Positions 27,550-41,339 of a DNA stretch of 64,000 nt are shown piece after piece. This DNA is from Octopus bimaculoides. Lineage: Eukaryota. The position numbers and the translations under genes were made by a program. The stretch is taken from positions 33,852,606 through 33,916,605 of the forward strand of contig NC_068997.1 of assembly GCF_001194135.2 (NCBI RefSeq), given 5' to 3'. Position 1 is the first letter of the stretch. Each line of letters starts with the position of its first letter. Under the pieces are notes generated by a model. It saw only the letters and a list, made by a program, of their open reading frames with translations. It ran no database searches and was not told where the DNA came from.

Positions 27550-28960
27550 GTAGCAGATTCGTTGTAGTGTTGATTGTAATTGGATGATGAAACATTGTGT
27601 AAAGTGTTGTGTAGCACTGTGTTTAATGCTTTGTATAGTAGTCTTTGGTGGCTTTATGCGCTTTGACGAGTTTTACTGACGACTGGTGTAGTGTTGTGTG
27701 ATGTAGTGCAGAGCAATCTAGTGTGGTTAAATGTTATTATTTAGTTGCAGATAAGCTCTGTTGGAGCAGACCTCATTCCAATAGTCATCTTCATGCGTTC
27801 TTGTGAACTAATGTCCAATGTGTTCTTCACGATTTTAAGTTAGTAGGTTGGATTTTGGGAATTTTGATAGCTATTTCTAGCTGGTCGTATAACTGCGTAG
27901 GTTTCTCTCGTTGGCTTGTTTGGTTAAATGGAATATGATGAGGTGTGGTGTGATGTTATGTAGCGTTATGTGGTTTGGTATCCAGTGGTTCGTTTGTGGC
28001 TTTCACGAGACACCACATTGTTTATTATGGTGTGATGTGTCAATTCGTAATGTAGTATGGTGCAGTGTGTGAAGGCGCAATGGCCCAGTGGTTAGGGCAG
28101 CGGACTCGCGGTCATAGGATCGCGGTTTCGATTCCCAGACCGGGCGTTGTGAGTGTTTATTGAGCGAAAACACCTAAAGCTCCACGAGGCTCCGGCAGGG
28201 GATGGTGGCGAACCCTGCTGTACTCTTTCACCACAACTTTCTCTCACTCTTACTTCCTGTTTCTGTCGTGCCTGTAATTCAAAGGGTCAGCCTTGTCACA
28301 CTGTGTCACGCTGAATATCCCCGAGAACTACGTTAAGGGTACACGTGTCTGTGGAGTGCTCAGCCACTTGCACGTTAATTTCACGAGCAGGCTGTTCCGT
28401 TGATCGGATCAACTGGAACCCTCGATGTCGTAAGCGACGGAGTGCCAACAACAATGGTGCAGTGTATGTAGTGTGGTGTGATTTGATGGAAAATCGTTTG
28501 ACAATACATAGTGTCAAGATGTGCTTTGAATTAGTTTAATATAAATACAAAGCGAAGTAATGTGTGATGTTGTGCACGCTAACATGGCGTAGTGTTGTGT
28601 TTATTGTTGTAAAAATGATGTGTTATAGAGTTGAAGATGTGGTGCAGTGAGGTGTTGTATCTAGTATCATATTTTAAACTGTTGTGGAGTGGTGCATCAT
28701 GGAGAAGTAACATTGTGGTTAACTCTAATGTAAACTGTAACGTGGTGTAATATGTTTGTAGTATGTGATCTGGAGTATGGTCTACTGTGCAGTGTATGTT
28801 GAGCTTGGTATCATATTTGCCGGTTGTGTTGAGGTGAGTCATGATGTAGTGTAGAGTATTATTCTGAGGCTTGATGTTGTGTACGTAGAATGGTGAACTG
28901 TAATGCAGTGTAGCGTGATATGAAGTGGTATAAAGTAGTGGCTATGGTGTAGACAGCTGT
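27550..28960. repeat. Degenerate GT-rich (GTGTA/GTGTG-like) tract
   Basis: Strong G+T skew with recurring gtgtag, gtgtgg and gtgtga units; interrupted by a SINE. Confidence 0.7.
28074..28453 (+). mobile_element. SINE family C (tRNA-Arg-like head), young full-length copy
   Basis: Head GGCGCAATGGCCCAGTGGTTAGGGCAGCGGACTCGCGG...GGTTTCGATTCCC with A/B boxes and a TCG anticodon-like loop. TSD-like ATGGTGCAGTGT at 28057-28068 and 28454-28465. Confidence 0.92.
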
Positions 28961-30224
28961 TTGATTAAATAGGTTTTGATGTCGTCTGGCTTATTCAAAT
29001 ACTACTTGGGCGAATTCCTTGTAGGAGCTGCTCAAATACAACTAGCTAATGTGTCTCATAACTTACCCACTTTCTTTCTCTTGTTTTTTTTCTTCTTTAA
29101 ATAAAAAGGCCATATTGAAAGATAAATTGAAACAACTCCTCTTTAAACGCTATGCTATTGGCTTTTTTTACTATTTGTTTTCCTGTCCAAATAGATGATT
29201 TTATTTTACATCGTTAACGTCTCGTTCTCCCCTCCCTTTCACACACATGTACATATGCACACACGGACACACGCACGTATACACACATATATGCACACAT
29301 GCACATACACATACATACATACATACATACATACATGCACACACATACGCACAAACGTAAGTACACTTTCACATACGCATACATATACCTATGTGAGCAC
29401 ACACATACATATATCTTTCGCAAATTCATATCCTTCTACCCCATCACTCTCTCGCAACATCATAACAGATTTTTTTGCTCAACCTCCACACTACTACTTT
29501 TACAGATTCGCATTTTTACCATCCATCACCACTCTACCTGTATTACAAATGTCGTCTACCTATTCTTTTCTTATTGTTAGCTCTCCTATCACTTTTTCGG
29601 CTTAACAACATTGACCATCTTTCTATCTCACTTCCTCACTTCCTTCAAATCAACACTAACCATCTTCACCCACCTGTCCTGCTCACGTCTGTGTGTCACT
29701 CCTTTAAGAGGTTCATGTTTGTTAAAACGAAGTCATGTCGCCGCCATGACACTTCCGGTATGTTCGCACCAATACGACAAAGTTACTCCCACCGACAGCA
29801 AACATCTTGTTCATTAGTTTATTCTGCACATAAGTACACATACTTGTACGTCTAATTACCCTTCCATTCAACTCATATCACCTACCCACTTATCCATCCC
29901 TCCATTTTAACTAGAACCCTCCCTCCAACTGAAATTTCATCTCTCTTCAACCCTTCTTCTCTATTTTTTCTCTGAACTGTCACTCTTCTTCAATGTCTCA
30001 TTTCTTACCGCCACTTCTCACCCTTTACTTATTTATCTTTTATTCGCTCTATAGTTTCTCTCTCTCTCACATTTCTCTCTTTTCTAAAAATCACACATTC
30101 TTATTTTCACTCTCGTTTTCTCTATTTCTTTTCCCATGCTTTTCGTTTTCTTTTAATCTTTACTATAATCAACAACATCGAGGGAAGTGGATAGGCAGAT
30201 TTTTGAGTGTCAGAAAAAAAAATG

Positions 30225-30400
30225 AGCTGCATTATTTGTTCCGGTTCTTTACGTTCTGAGATCAAATCCCGCCAACAGAAACTCACCAGTTCAGAATTGG
30301 CCTTTCATCCTTCCAAGATCGATAAAATTAGGTACTAGTTAAGTACTGGGGGCTATATCAACTAAACTTCCCTAACATTTCAGACTCTGTACTTATGTTA
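30225..30400 (+). mobile_element. SINE family B, degenerate
   Basis: TACGTTCTGAG...GGCCTTTCATCCTTCC...GATAAAATTAGGTAC. Confidence 0.75.
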
Positions 30401-31369
30401 GAAATAATTATCAACTACTCTATATCAAAAACAAAGATACCAGTGCTATACTAGGCAATATCTCCAGAAGCACACCAATTTTCTTTCAAGATCACACCAA
30501 CAACAATAACAATCTCACATCAACAAGATCCCACCAACAACAATAAAAACATCACAAAATTACAACTATCACTACTACACCCCCACTACCACTACCATCA
30601 TTACATCATCACCAAGGGAACATCTTTAACAAAGAATGGGGAACCTCTCGCCTGCCGAATTTCCTCCACATTCAAATTTGAAAGCAGTTAAAATTAGCAG
30701 ATAGATCTCTCTTAAATTACATCACCCTGTCTTAAAAAAAAAAGAAAGGTCGGGGAGTCGTTGGATACACTATGTTGGAATAACAGTTGAGTGGTTACGG
30801 CCAAAATACCCTCAACCATAGGTTTTCTCATTCATGACTGGCCTTTGGCTAAACTACATCACCCAGCAGCATTTAAGCCTTAACCCTTTACAGGGTCGCC
30901 ACGATTGAAGAGGAGGAGGAAGGAAGTTATTAAAAACTTGGAAACCGAGTCTGAATGTTTGCAAGAGCGGCCTTCACTAAAGGCATCTAAGATGCTAGAT
31001 AGTGATGTTAAACCTAGCGACAGTTCAAGTATATCACACAAATTGCTTAAACAAATACTATAAAAAACCTATTCCGACCTTACTGTTCCGCTAATCTACC
31101 GTTCTGAATTGGCAGTTTCCTGTCGGCTCCAAAAGGATGAAAGCCAAAGGTGACTTTAATATACACAGCTATAAAAACCATCAGTATTCAGGAAAAATAA
31201 AAATGTTTACTGCATTAATATATATATAAAATAGATGCTGGGAGTAACAAAGAATTGTGCAGCGGATGAAGAGATGAAGAAACAATAGGAAAAAAAGACA
31301 TCAAACCGAAAATTACATAACCCAAAATTAAGGAGATATTTTAAAAAATGCAGCCATACAGTTAATACT

Positions 31370-32050
31370 GAACTCGGTAAGACTGAGCGGAACCAAAGCG
31401 GATGAAGAAAATCTCAGGACTAGCTGAAATACTCAAGACTCAAAACTGCAACTGAAGGTTTATTAATAGCAGCAGAAATCTGTAATCTCAACCGAAACTA
31501 TCAAAAACATATATACATAAAGTAACTGCAAACTATATGAACATGATGAAGAAACAGATAATATTTTTTTCTGGATGCAAAGGTGTAAGTCAAAAGAAAA
31601 TATATACTGACATGATACAATCGAAGCTTTCCTGCAGAAAAGAGATAAAGCAAACATACACCACGACAGATACCAGAGAATGATAAATTCATACATGCCA
31701 ATATATTCAGACTGAGAGATTAAGACCACAAGAATAAGAATGCCAGCTAATGTATTCATCAGTTTCAACAGACAGTAATGTATCTCTAAAAGAAATGCAG
31801 ACAATAACCAAATATAACAGCGTGGAAATAGCGATATTCAGAAAGATGGGATTGAAAAAGTAACAATAGATTGCATGAGAATGGTGAAATAAAATAAAAA
31901 CAAATGTAAAGCCTAACTCCTAGAACTTAGACTTATACACAACACGCGGAAAATAACACAAGGCACTGCATTCCCAAGATAAGCAGCATTGCCGTGCCTT
32001 GAGTTGAGCAGTATAAACATACAATAACAAATAAGAGTAGTGAATAAAAA
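31370..32050 (+). mobile_element. R4/Dong-type 3' fragment, highly degenerate
   Basis: LKTATEGLLIAA plus RLE-region remnants; followed by a GAT/AAT tract. Confidence 0.6.
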
Positions 32051-32070
32051 TAATGATGATGATGATAATG

Positions 32071-32121
<51 letters not shown>

Positions 32122-32124
<3 letters not shown>

Positions 32125-32246
32125 GTTTCAAATTTTGCCACTAGGACAGCCATTTTGGGGGAGGAGATGGGTCGATGTAATCGATCCCAGTGTTCAACTG
32201 GTACTTATTTCATCGAGCACAAAAGGATGAAAGGCATAATTTGAAC
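32122..32246 (-). mobile_element. SINE family B 3' fragment between (AAT)n tracts
   Basis: CTGGTACTTATTTCATCGA...GGATGAAAGGCA. Confidence 0.8.
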
Positions 32247-32295
<49 letters not shown>

Positions 32296-32297
32296 TG

Positions 32298-32436
32298 TAA
32301 TTGCACACATCCTACGTAAAACACTTTCAATACAGTAACCATAAGAGCATCACAGCAAACCACAGCACGTACCCAAGGCACACAGAGCTGCGATCGGTAA
32401 TGCAGAGAAAGCACGTTATAAAAATAAGACTACTGC

Positions 32437-32437
<1 letters not shown>
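32298..32437 (+). mobile_element. R4/Dong-type extreme 3' end
   Basis: AHILRKTLSIQ-stop plus a 3' UTR shared with 43608-43825 and 62537-62840; (AAT)n on both sides. Confidence 0.85.
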
Positions 32438-32483
<46 letters not shown>

Positions 32484-32484
<1 letters not shown>

Positions 32485-33366
32485 GTTTCAGTTATTTGCC
32501 ATTAGGGCGAAGGACGAGAGGGCCTATACAAAACAAACAAGGTGTGGGGATTTACATATAAATGAAATTATTAAAAAAATATTGTGTAAGTATACACGGA
32601 ATACAATGCAAAAGGAAAGGAAATGTACATAGTACACAAAGGTTAAGAAGAAAAGAGCGGGAATGATAGAGATGTAGTCCTCCTGATAAGGATGACCTCT
32701 AGGGATAATGGAGGAACCCCACTGTCCAAAATCTCCTTGGACATCAAGGGCAAGTGCCCTCTCCAATTCCCTTTCTCTGACTCACAAGTTTACACTTAGA
32801 GTGATACCATCCACTCTTGCCATTTTCGTAACTTTCATCCACCTTTCAATAAACTCACTCAAGGTCAGCGCTTCCTTCTCCACTCTCAGTTTCCTTTTCA
32901 AGGGAAACTCGAAGAAGTCAATGAGACCTGTACCAAAGAGGAATGTATCTGTCTTCATGCTTTTCAACCTCTTCCTTCAGATAACCTCTTTCGCCACAGC
33001 CACCAGGCAAAGGATAACTGCCTTGCTTGCCCAATTAAAGGTGGGTAGCGAGGCAATAATCACTATGGACTCGGCCGGTAGACGGATCCGTCCCACACAT
33101 GATAGTAGCTGTTCGACATGATCCCACAAGTCAGTAATGCCCGGACACTGAACGAGTGCGTGCAGAAGGTTTCGTCACTCTGCGTGCACCTCGGACAAGT
33201 TAATCTGAGAGCATATTCGTGCTTGTAGAATGTATCTCGAACCAGTAGGGCCCCCTGTTAGCACTGCTAAGCCAAGGACATCTGGAAATTATCCATGATG
33301 GTTCCTAACCGGAAAGCTGTCCGGAACAGACTGGCCAGTTCGTTTTCGTCGACGCCCAGGGTCTCC
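32484..33366 (-). mobile_element. Tx1/L1-type LINE 3' fragment flanked by (AAT)n on both sides
   Basis: Homologous to 33615-34560 (CCHC, LIDFFEFPLKRKLRVE...RWMKVTKMARVDG). Confidence 0.88.
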
Positions 33367-33368
33367 CC

Positions 33369-33411
<43 letters not shown>

Positions 33412-33412
<1 letters not shown>

Positions 33413-33603
33413 CTTCAGATTTTGGCACAAGGCCAGCAGTTTTGGGGGAGTAACCAAGTCGATTACATCAACTCCAGTATTTAACTGGTACTTATTTTAT
33501 TGACCCCAAAAGGATGAAAGGCAAAGTCGACCTCGGAAAAATTTGAACTCAGAACGTAGCGACGGACGAAATACCGCTAAGCATTCTGCCAGCTCGCCGC
33601 CTT
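33412..33603 (-). mobile_element. SINE family B
   Basis: Head AAGGCGGCGAGCTGGCAGAAT on minus plus the full body. Confidence 0.9.
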
Positions 33604-33614
33604 AACAAAAAAAA

Positions 33615-36600
33615 TAATTATTTTCATTTCTTTCTATTTTCCACCAGGGCGAAGAATGAGGGAGACAAAGCAAAAACAGACATAAATAATGGGGGGTGGT
33701 TTACAAATAATGGAATGATATATCAAAAAAAAAAAAAAGAAAAAAAAGAAAAAGGAGAAGTATACACAGTATACATTAAAAGAAGTGAAGTATATATAGT
33801 ATACGACAATAAGAAAAACATTGTGATGGGTTGGTCCTTCTGATACAGGAAGATCTCTAAGGATGATCGAGAAACCCCACCATCTAAGATACCCCTGAAT
33901 ACCTCGGACGAATATCTTATCCAACTCCTTTCCTTCAACTCACAGTCTACACTGAGAGTGCTACCATCCACTCTTGCCATTTTCGCAACTTACATCCAAC
34001 TTTTCATAAACTCACTCGAGGACAGCACTTCTCTCTCCACTCTCATTTTCTTTTTCAAATGAATCTTGAAAAAGTCGATAAGGACTTAACCAAAGAAGAA
34101 TGTCTCTGCCCTCATTCCTTTCAGCCTCGTCCACCAGATAACCTCTTTCGCCACAGCCACCAGGTAAAGGAAAACTGCCTTGCCTGCTCGATAAAAGAGG
34201 GCGGCGGGGCAATCATCGCTATAGACTCAGACGACAGGCTGATCCGTCCAACACGCGACAGCAGCTGTTCGACATAACCCCACAAGTCGGCAATTGCCGG
34301 ACACTGAACGAGTGCATGCAGAACGTTGTCGCTCTGTGAGCACCTCGGACAAGCTCGTCTGGCAGCAAATCCGTGCTTGTAGAATTTATCTCGAACCAGT
34401 AGCGCCGCCCGATAGCACTGCTAAGCCAAAGACATCTGGAAATTATCCATGATGGTTCCCGACCTGAAAGTCCTCCGGAACAGATTGGTCAGTTTATCTT
34501 CGTCAACGCCCAGAGTCTCCCTCATAACGTCGTCGCACTTTCCCATCACTAATCCTCTATGAATAGCTAAAGTGGAATATCCACCGATTCTATTGCCCGA
34601 CTGGTAGAGGACAGTGAGCGTCTGACGACATTCTAAGTATCAGGCGCCCAGTCTTGGTCCATCCTTCTCCCAGGACTGCAGCTCCGTCAAAAGACAAGTT
34701 GCGGAAATACGTGCCTCACAAACGGAGCCCACATACGTTCGCCTTCTAGAAATCGTTGCAGGTGGCGCAACCTGGGCGCATGTCTGCTCATCAACAGCCT
34801 TGGCATGCCTAAGCCGCCACTTAGAGGGAGCTGACAGCAGATTGACTACCTGACCATTGGAACGCATCCCTTCCACAGGAACATGAATAAGAGACGCTCC
34901 AAATTGATCAAGCAATAACTGGGGCAAAGCACGATGGTCAGACGATACATGATAATGGAGGCGATGTAGACATTCTCCATCTCTTCCCGACGTTCCAAGG
35001 ACAACAGTCTCTCAGCCCATTTCTGAGAAAGACTGGTCACCCTGTTTGTAACCTCGTCCCAATTCTTATCCAGCTGGAGATCAGGACGTAACAGATCCCG
35101 AGCAGTTTAACTGGTCCGTCAATCCAGAGTCCGACGACGCCGTATGGCGGCATCGACCTGCTTCTCCAGGTACCCAGTTGCAAGCTCACCGACTTCGCAA
35201 TGATTTTAGCCCCTGAAACCCACTCATATTCTTCTAGAATGGAACCGACCGTCTCCACTTCAGAGGCGCCTGACATCATCACGGCGACATCGTCCGCGTA
35301 TGCAGATACTGCTCTTTCGAGCCCAGTTCGAAAGGGATACCCCTGAACTGTCCCAACTTCAGCAGCAGTGGCTCGAGAGCCAGCGCGTACAGAAGAGGTG
35401 ACAGCGGGCAGCCCTGACAAATTGAGCGTGCGATGTTAAACGGTTCCGATAGATGGCCATTTACTTTGACTACCGAGCAGATGTCGCTGTGCATTGCAGT
35501 GATCGAGCCACTGAAAACGAGTCCGAAACCGGACGCTTTAAGGTCGGCTTCGGGTAGCGATGGTCGACCCTATCGAATACTTTTGATTGATCCATGTTGA
35601 TCAGGGCCCCACCGAAGCCAGCTTTCGTCCTAGCCCACACTATGATGTATCTAATAAGGTGGAGGTTGTCGAGGATAGACCTCTTCGGGATTGTGCACGT
35701 TTGTGCTTCCTCTACTAGACTACGAACGACAATCGACAACCTTTTCGCTAACACCTTTGCCAAAATCTTAAACTCTGTGTTTAGCAGAGTTATGGGCCGA
35801 AAGTTCTCTAGTATGTCCTCACTGTCGGCGTCCTTCTTCAGCAGTGTCACTACACTCCGACTAACAGCACTGATAATTCTCCCGTGTTGCCAGTTGCAGT
35901 AAACGTGTGCCAAGAGGCTGCCAAACAAATCTGGCATAAATATATAGAATTCATAGGGCAGACAATCTAAACCTGGCGATTTGCGACTTGTGCAATCGTT
36001 CATCGCCTCTCGTATTTTAGTGGCCGTTATCGGTTTTTCGTAGAACTTCGCGTCTGCTGCCGAGATCCGCTACAGGCCATCTAGATACGAGATAAAGTCT
36101 ATTTTGACCCATCACTCCCTCCAAACAGTTGCGTGAAGTGCTGCTGAAAACCCGCACACATCTGCTCAGAACCATGTAGCATGCATCTGTTCCAATCCGT
36201 CAAAGATCCGATCATGGTTTTGTTGCCACGTCGCGTCTTTACCGATCGAGACCATAGGACGGCTTTAGTTTCCTCATGTTTTAGCGCAATGGCTTTAGTT
36301 GTGACAACGCAACCTTCGTGTTTCGCCTCAAAGAAATGGTTAAGAGCCGTTCTCGCCAATAACACGTCAGTCGCGATGCCTTTAATAATTGCCTCTTCTA
36401 GTTTTCTATCTAGTTCTCCATAGTTCTTTCTATTGCTAACTCTTTGCTAAACTTTATCGATTCTGCTTCAATCACCCTCTTCAGGGCTATTCATCACCGG
36501 CTCTTAGCGATTTGCCCCATCAACTGCCGTTTAACTAGTTCACTAATCTGGTCCTTGTAGTCTTTGCGTGTCGGAAAGGACGCGTTCAACCTCCAGTAAC

Positions 36601-37920
36601 CGGGTCCCTGTCTACGCGTCCTATCTAAATCGACTGTGCAGATCACAAATTTGTGGGCTGTGTAGCCGATCAATTTGAATTGTGGACACCCTATACTATC
36701 CTTATCCACTGACCTAACAAATACTTCATCAAGATACAATCTGGATGATCCATTGTGATTGCTCCATGTCCACGCCGGCACATCAGAGAAATTCAATCGA
36801 TTCCTGTCAGAAAGCTGGAAGTTTCTGAGTAGGTTTTTGAGGCTTTTACACACACTTCTATGTACTAAACCCATACAATCCTTCCACGTGTTCAAAATAC
36901 TATTCCAGTCCCCCATTAGTACTAAAGTGCGAGACGTTCCCAGGAATGTTTCTAGACGCCTGAAGAAATCTGGCCTCCCAGCCCCTGCCGGAGCACACAC
37001 GGCAACCAATCTAAAGGCGTCACCTTCAGTCATTCACATCTAGATCCACCAACCTACCGTCCATATCCAAGAAGAATGCCCTTACTTTGAGACCGAATGA
37101 TTTTCGGGATAACACTGCTACACCACCGCCCGCTCTCGACAGACCACAAGATGAGAATATCTCGCAGTCTTCAAAAATAGCCCCGAACATTTACACAGCC
37201 AACTCTAAGTGTAGCCATATAACTTAGAGGAAAGAAAATGGCATTACGTACCTTGGTCGTCAGGGATAACTATTGACACAGTCTTCTTTTTGATGGAGTG
37301 GGGAAGGGTTTTTCTAGGAAGTTTTTTTTTGGGGGGGGGGTACTTGTTAAACCCTCCAATGTCCTGGTGAATTTCATTTGGATTAATATCCTGTGCGGTG
37401 GCGTTTTCTGGAGGAGTTCCGCAAAACCTCCACTTGTAATGTTTTTGTTATTAATAACTTCCTCAATCAATTCAGTATTGCTCTTCTGAAGAACAGTGAA
37501 ATTGAAGGAAGTACTTGCCCGTGAGTGTGACTGTTGGTCATTTTGTTTCTCGGGTATTTCATTTTGTTTCTGTGTTTTTTTTGTAGTAGTGAATGTGTTT
37601 GTAAAAATGGGTTGTCTTGTGATGACGTTGATGTTGGTGTTGATTTGTTTTTAAATTGGAGTTGTGACGGATTTTGTTTTTCTACCGTCATGTCTTAGGC
37701 CCTTCAATTTGGGCCGACCTCTGTTTCATAATCAGTTTTTCTCTTATCTCCGACAAAGGCCTTTTGGTGCGGTGTCAATGAAGACTTTGATTTTGCGAGG
37801 CCTGAGTCGGAGGAAGGAGGCCGATGCAAGGTAATAGATTTGTCCTCACCTTGAGTAGATGGTAGTAATGGTGGAGAGTTTCGTGCTTCCTCCACCACGG
37901 GGCAAAAGTTCTCATTCCTA
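33615..37920 (-). mobile_element. Near-full-length degenerate Tx1/L1-type LINE (ORF1 remnant, APE, RT, CCHC)
   Basis: ORF2 ATG at 37218 (MATLRVGCVNVRG). APE motifs LVLMGDWN and GYWRLN; RT motifs KSPGLD, NFRPITLLN, DQSKVFDRVDH, QGCPLSPLL and YADD; C-terminal CPRCSQSDNVLHALVQC. Multiple frameshifts and stops; the 5' limit is uncertain. Confidence 0.93.
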
Positions 37921-37933
37921 AGATATTTTTCGA

Positions 37934-38006
<73 letters not shown>

Positions 38007-38008
38007 TT

Positions 38009-39189
38009 ATGTTTAACCTTTGCTTTACGTTTGTACAAGTTGGTTCCAAGTCTCACCCAGAGACCTCAAGAGACAACAAGTTAGAAGTTCATGTAGGTGT
38101 TATGCCTAGGGTACCATATATTTGGATTTGTACATAGTGTTGTTCTAGAGAATATTTAAGAAACCATAAGAGAATTATGTGTTTGCTTTAAAACTTGAGA
38201 TTACATAGAAAGTATTTTGCGTAGGATATGGGCAGTTCCCATGTGCACTATCTTTTGAATTTCTGCCATTTTGGGGTTTCCTGGTATCTGGGCTAGGTAG
38301 CAATCAGCCCCTTTTGCTATCATTCCCAGGGCACCCATGACAACAGGTATTGTTTTAGTCTTCAGGTTCCACATTTCGCTAATTTCTATTTCAAGATCTT
38401 TATACTTGCTCAGTTTTTGGTAGGTCTTGACAGATACGTTTCTATCGATTGGAAAAGTCATATCAATGAGGAGGCATGATTTTTGTCTGAAGTCTTTCAA
38501 TATGATGTCTGGCCTATTTGCATCTATCTTTCTGTCAGTTTGAATGGTGAAGTTCCAGAGGAGTGAGATGTGATCATTTTCGAGCACTGGAGGTGGTTTG
38601 TGTTCCCACCACTTTTTATCATGGTGCAAGTCCAGGTTTTTGCAAATTACCCAGTGAATATACTGTGCAGCTCTCTCATGCCTCTTGAGATACTCTGTAG
38701 GCGCAAGAAGACTACACTTGGAGGCAACATGATCAATGGTTTCATTTTGTTGTTGACATACACGACATAATGGGGAGCTGCCGTTCTTTAATATGTTGGC
38801 CTGGTAGTTCCTTGTAGGTAGGCATTGATCTTGGGCTGCTATGATAAACCCATCTGTTTCAGATTTTAAGCCAGAGGCTATTAGCCATTGATGGGTAAGG
38901 TCTTTGTCAACATATACATTATTCGCTCTCTTTGGGTATTTGCCATTGAGAGGTTTTTCTTGCCATTAATCAGTAAGAATATATAAGGCAGCAGTTTTAG
39001 CATGGGTTTTCATGCGCTTAGCTTTTTCTCTGCTTGTTTCTCGTATGTTTATTTCCGGAATTTGTTGTATTTGGAATTCACTTTGATATTCCTTTGCCTC
39101 TTTTGTTACTGAGTAAGATGCTTTCTTGTTTTCGTGTTTTGATGATGATGGTGTAAAGTTCTGTATTGTATACTGTGCGACATCTATGA

Positions 39190-39190
<1 letters not shown>
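38009..39190 (-). mobile_element. R4/Dong-type 3' fragment with RLE domain
   Basis: ORF 38201-38629: NRPDIILKD...LIDMTFP...KYKDLEIEISEMWNLKTKTIPVVMGALG; (TAA)n tail at 37936-38008. Confidence 0.92.
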
Positions 39191-39245
<55 letters not shown>

Positions 39246-39257
39246 ATAATAATAACA

Positions 39258-39471
39258 ATCCTTTCTATTGGAGGCACAAAGCCTCATATTTGTGGGGAGG
39301 GGACCAGCCGATAACATCGACCCTAGTGTTTCACTGGTACTTATTTTACCGACCCCAAAAGGATGAAAGGCAAAGTCAACCTCGGCTGAATTTGAACTCA
39401 GAACGTAAAGATGGACGAAATGCCGCTAAGACGAAATGCCGGCGTGCTAACGATTCTGCCAGCTCGCTGCC

Positions 39472-39472
<1 letters not shown>
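39258..39472 (-). mobile_element. SINE family B between AAT-type tracts
   Basis: Full head to tail match. Confidence 0.9.
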
Positions 39473-39550
<78 letters not shown>

Positions 39551-39572
39551 CATAATAATAATAATAATAATA

Positions 39573-39629
<57 letters not shown>

Positions 39630-40726
39630 GTGATGATGATAATTTCTAACATTGATACATGGCTCCTAATTTGAGAGTGAGGTCGATTTAAAGTCTGTAG
39701 AAAACCCCTTATACAATAACTGTCCGACTTAAACCTTTTTCCAATAGCTTACCAGATCTCACTTTTGTTCATACGGGTATGTATGCTGTAAACTAGAAGT
39801 ACCCGCGTCAGCAGCACTATAATAACAATAAATAAACATCATTATAGTTGTAACAATCGATATCTGATAAACCTCGGATTTCTTGAAGAGGATATACAGG
39901 ATACCGAGAATATTAATATATTCTTGTGTTTTTGTAATGAGCTGTGGCCATGCTGGCTGAAATATGTGTGTATGTATGTATGTATGTATGTATGTATGTG
40001 TGTATGTCTGCGTGTGCGCGTGCATGCGTGTGTACGTGCGTGTGTATGTGTGTGCGTGTGTATGTGTGTGAGAGCATTTCATGAACTTTATCTCAATGTC
40101 CTTGGTCTTCCAGTGACAATTATCTAAATATCCCTTAAGACAAAACTTAACCTATCCTGACATAGATGACTTTAACATTTGTATCACAGACCAGATATAT
40201 GACTCGGTTTTAGATTTTCTGACTAGTGACTGCTGGAGTAGACAGTAAACGTTAGCTTCATTGTCAACAGTCTGAAATTGTGGAACCACAGCACAAAGAC
40301 ATCAATAATCTTCAGAAATCCCCTTTAGCTTATGAGATGTGAGACTAGTGCATTAGCTAAACCTAGCGATTAAAAGCGGCGCGAGAAAACTTTCAGTGTA
40401 AATCTGGCCAATTCTCTTTATTATCCCTTCGAAACTACACACAGATTAAGTTCTTATTAATAAATACAATGAAGAAAAAGTCTATCACACCACCTCTACC
40501 CCTCCCTCTGTCTCTCCTCTCCCCTCCCTCTCTGTCCTTTTATTCAATGTGTATTTGTATGTACTTCTTTAAATGAGAGCACACATGTGTTCATATGTTC
40601 GTATATACGCGTGTGCGTATATAAGTGTACACAGACAGACAAATAGATGGATAGATAAATAGATAGATAACTAAGTCATGTATTGAATAAACTTCCAGCT
40701 CGTTGGATTTTTAAATATATATCTAT

Positions 40727-40769
<43 letters not shown>

Positions 40770-40773
40770 TATG

Positions 40774-40844
<71 letters not shown>

Positions 40845-41300
40845 GTCTGTCTGTCTGTCGGCATATCTGTCGGTCAATCCATCTATCTTTTGCAAAGGAC
40901 CGAAGAAGTTTATGGATACATTCCACCCACCTCCTTTACTAATGCCACACAACAACATTGGCCACTCTCCCCTGCTGGAAAACAGACCATCGATTTTGGA
41001 GATTTCCACACCCTAAAGAGAAGCAGGTAAATCACCCAATTACATTGATGTTATTGGTCGAGACATATAACATGAAATTGAGGACCGACCATCGCTAATA
41101 GGATATGGCGCAACAACGTCATAAGACGTATCAAGGCTGTAGCCGCTGTGACAGTACTTACATACATATATACATGCATACACTTTCACAATCACCCTCG
41201 CATACATATGCATGTAGGTAATGTATATACACACACGCACACACAGATATGTGTATGTATATATATATAAATATATATAATATATAAACATATGCATGTA

Positions 41301-41339
<39 letters not shown>

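Noticed and set aside
28074-28146. Possible tRNA-Arg(TCG) gene
   Set aside because: The acceptor stem is poor, and it continues into a SINE body and tail with a TSD, so it is a SINE head.
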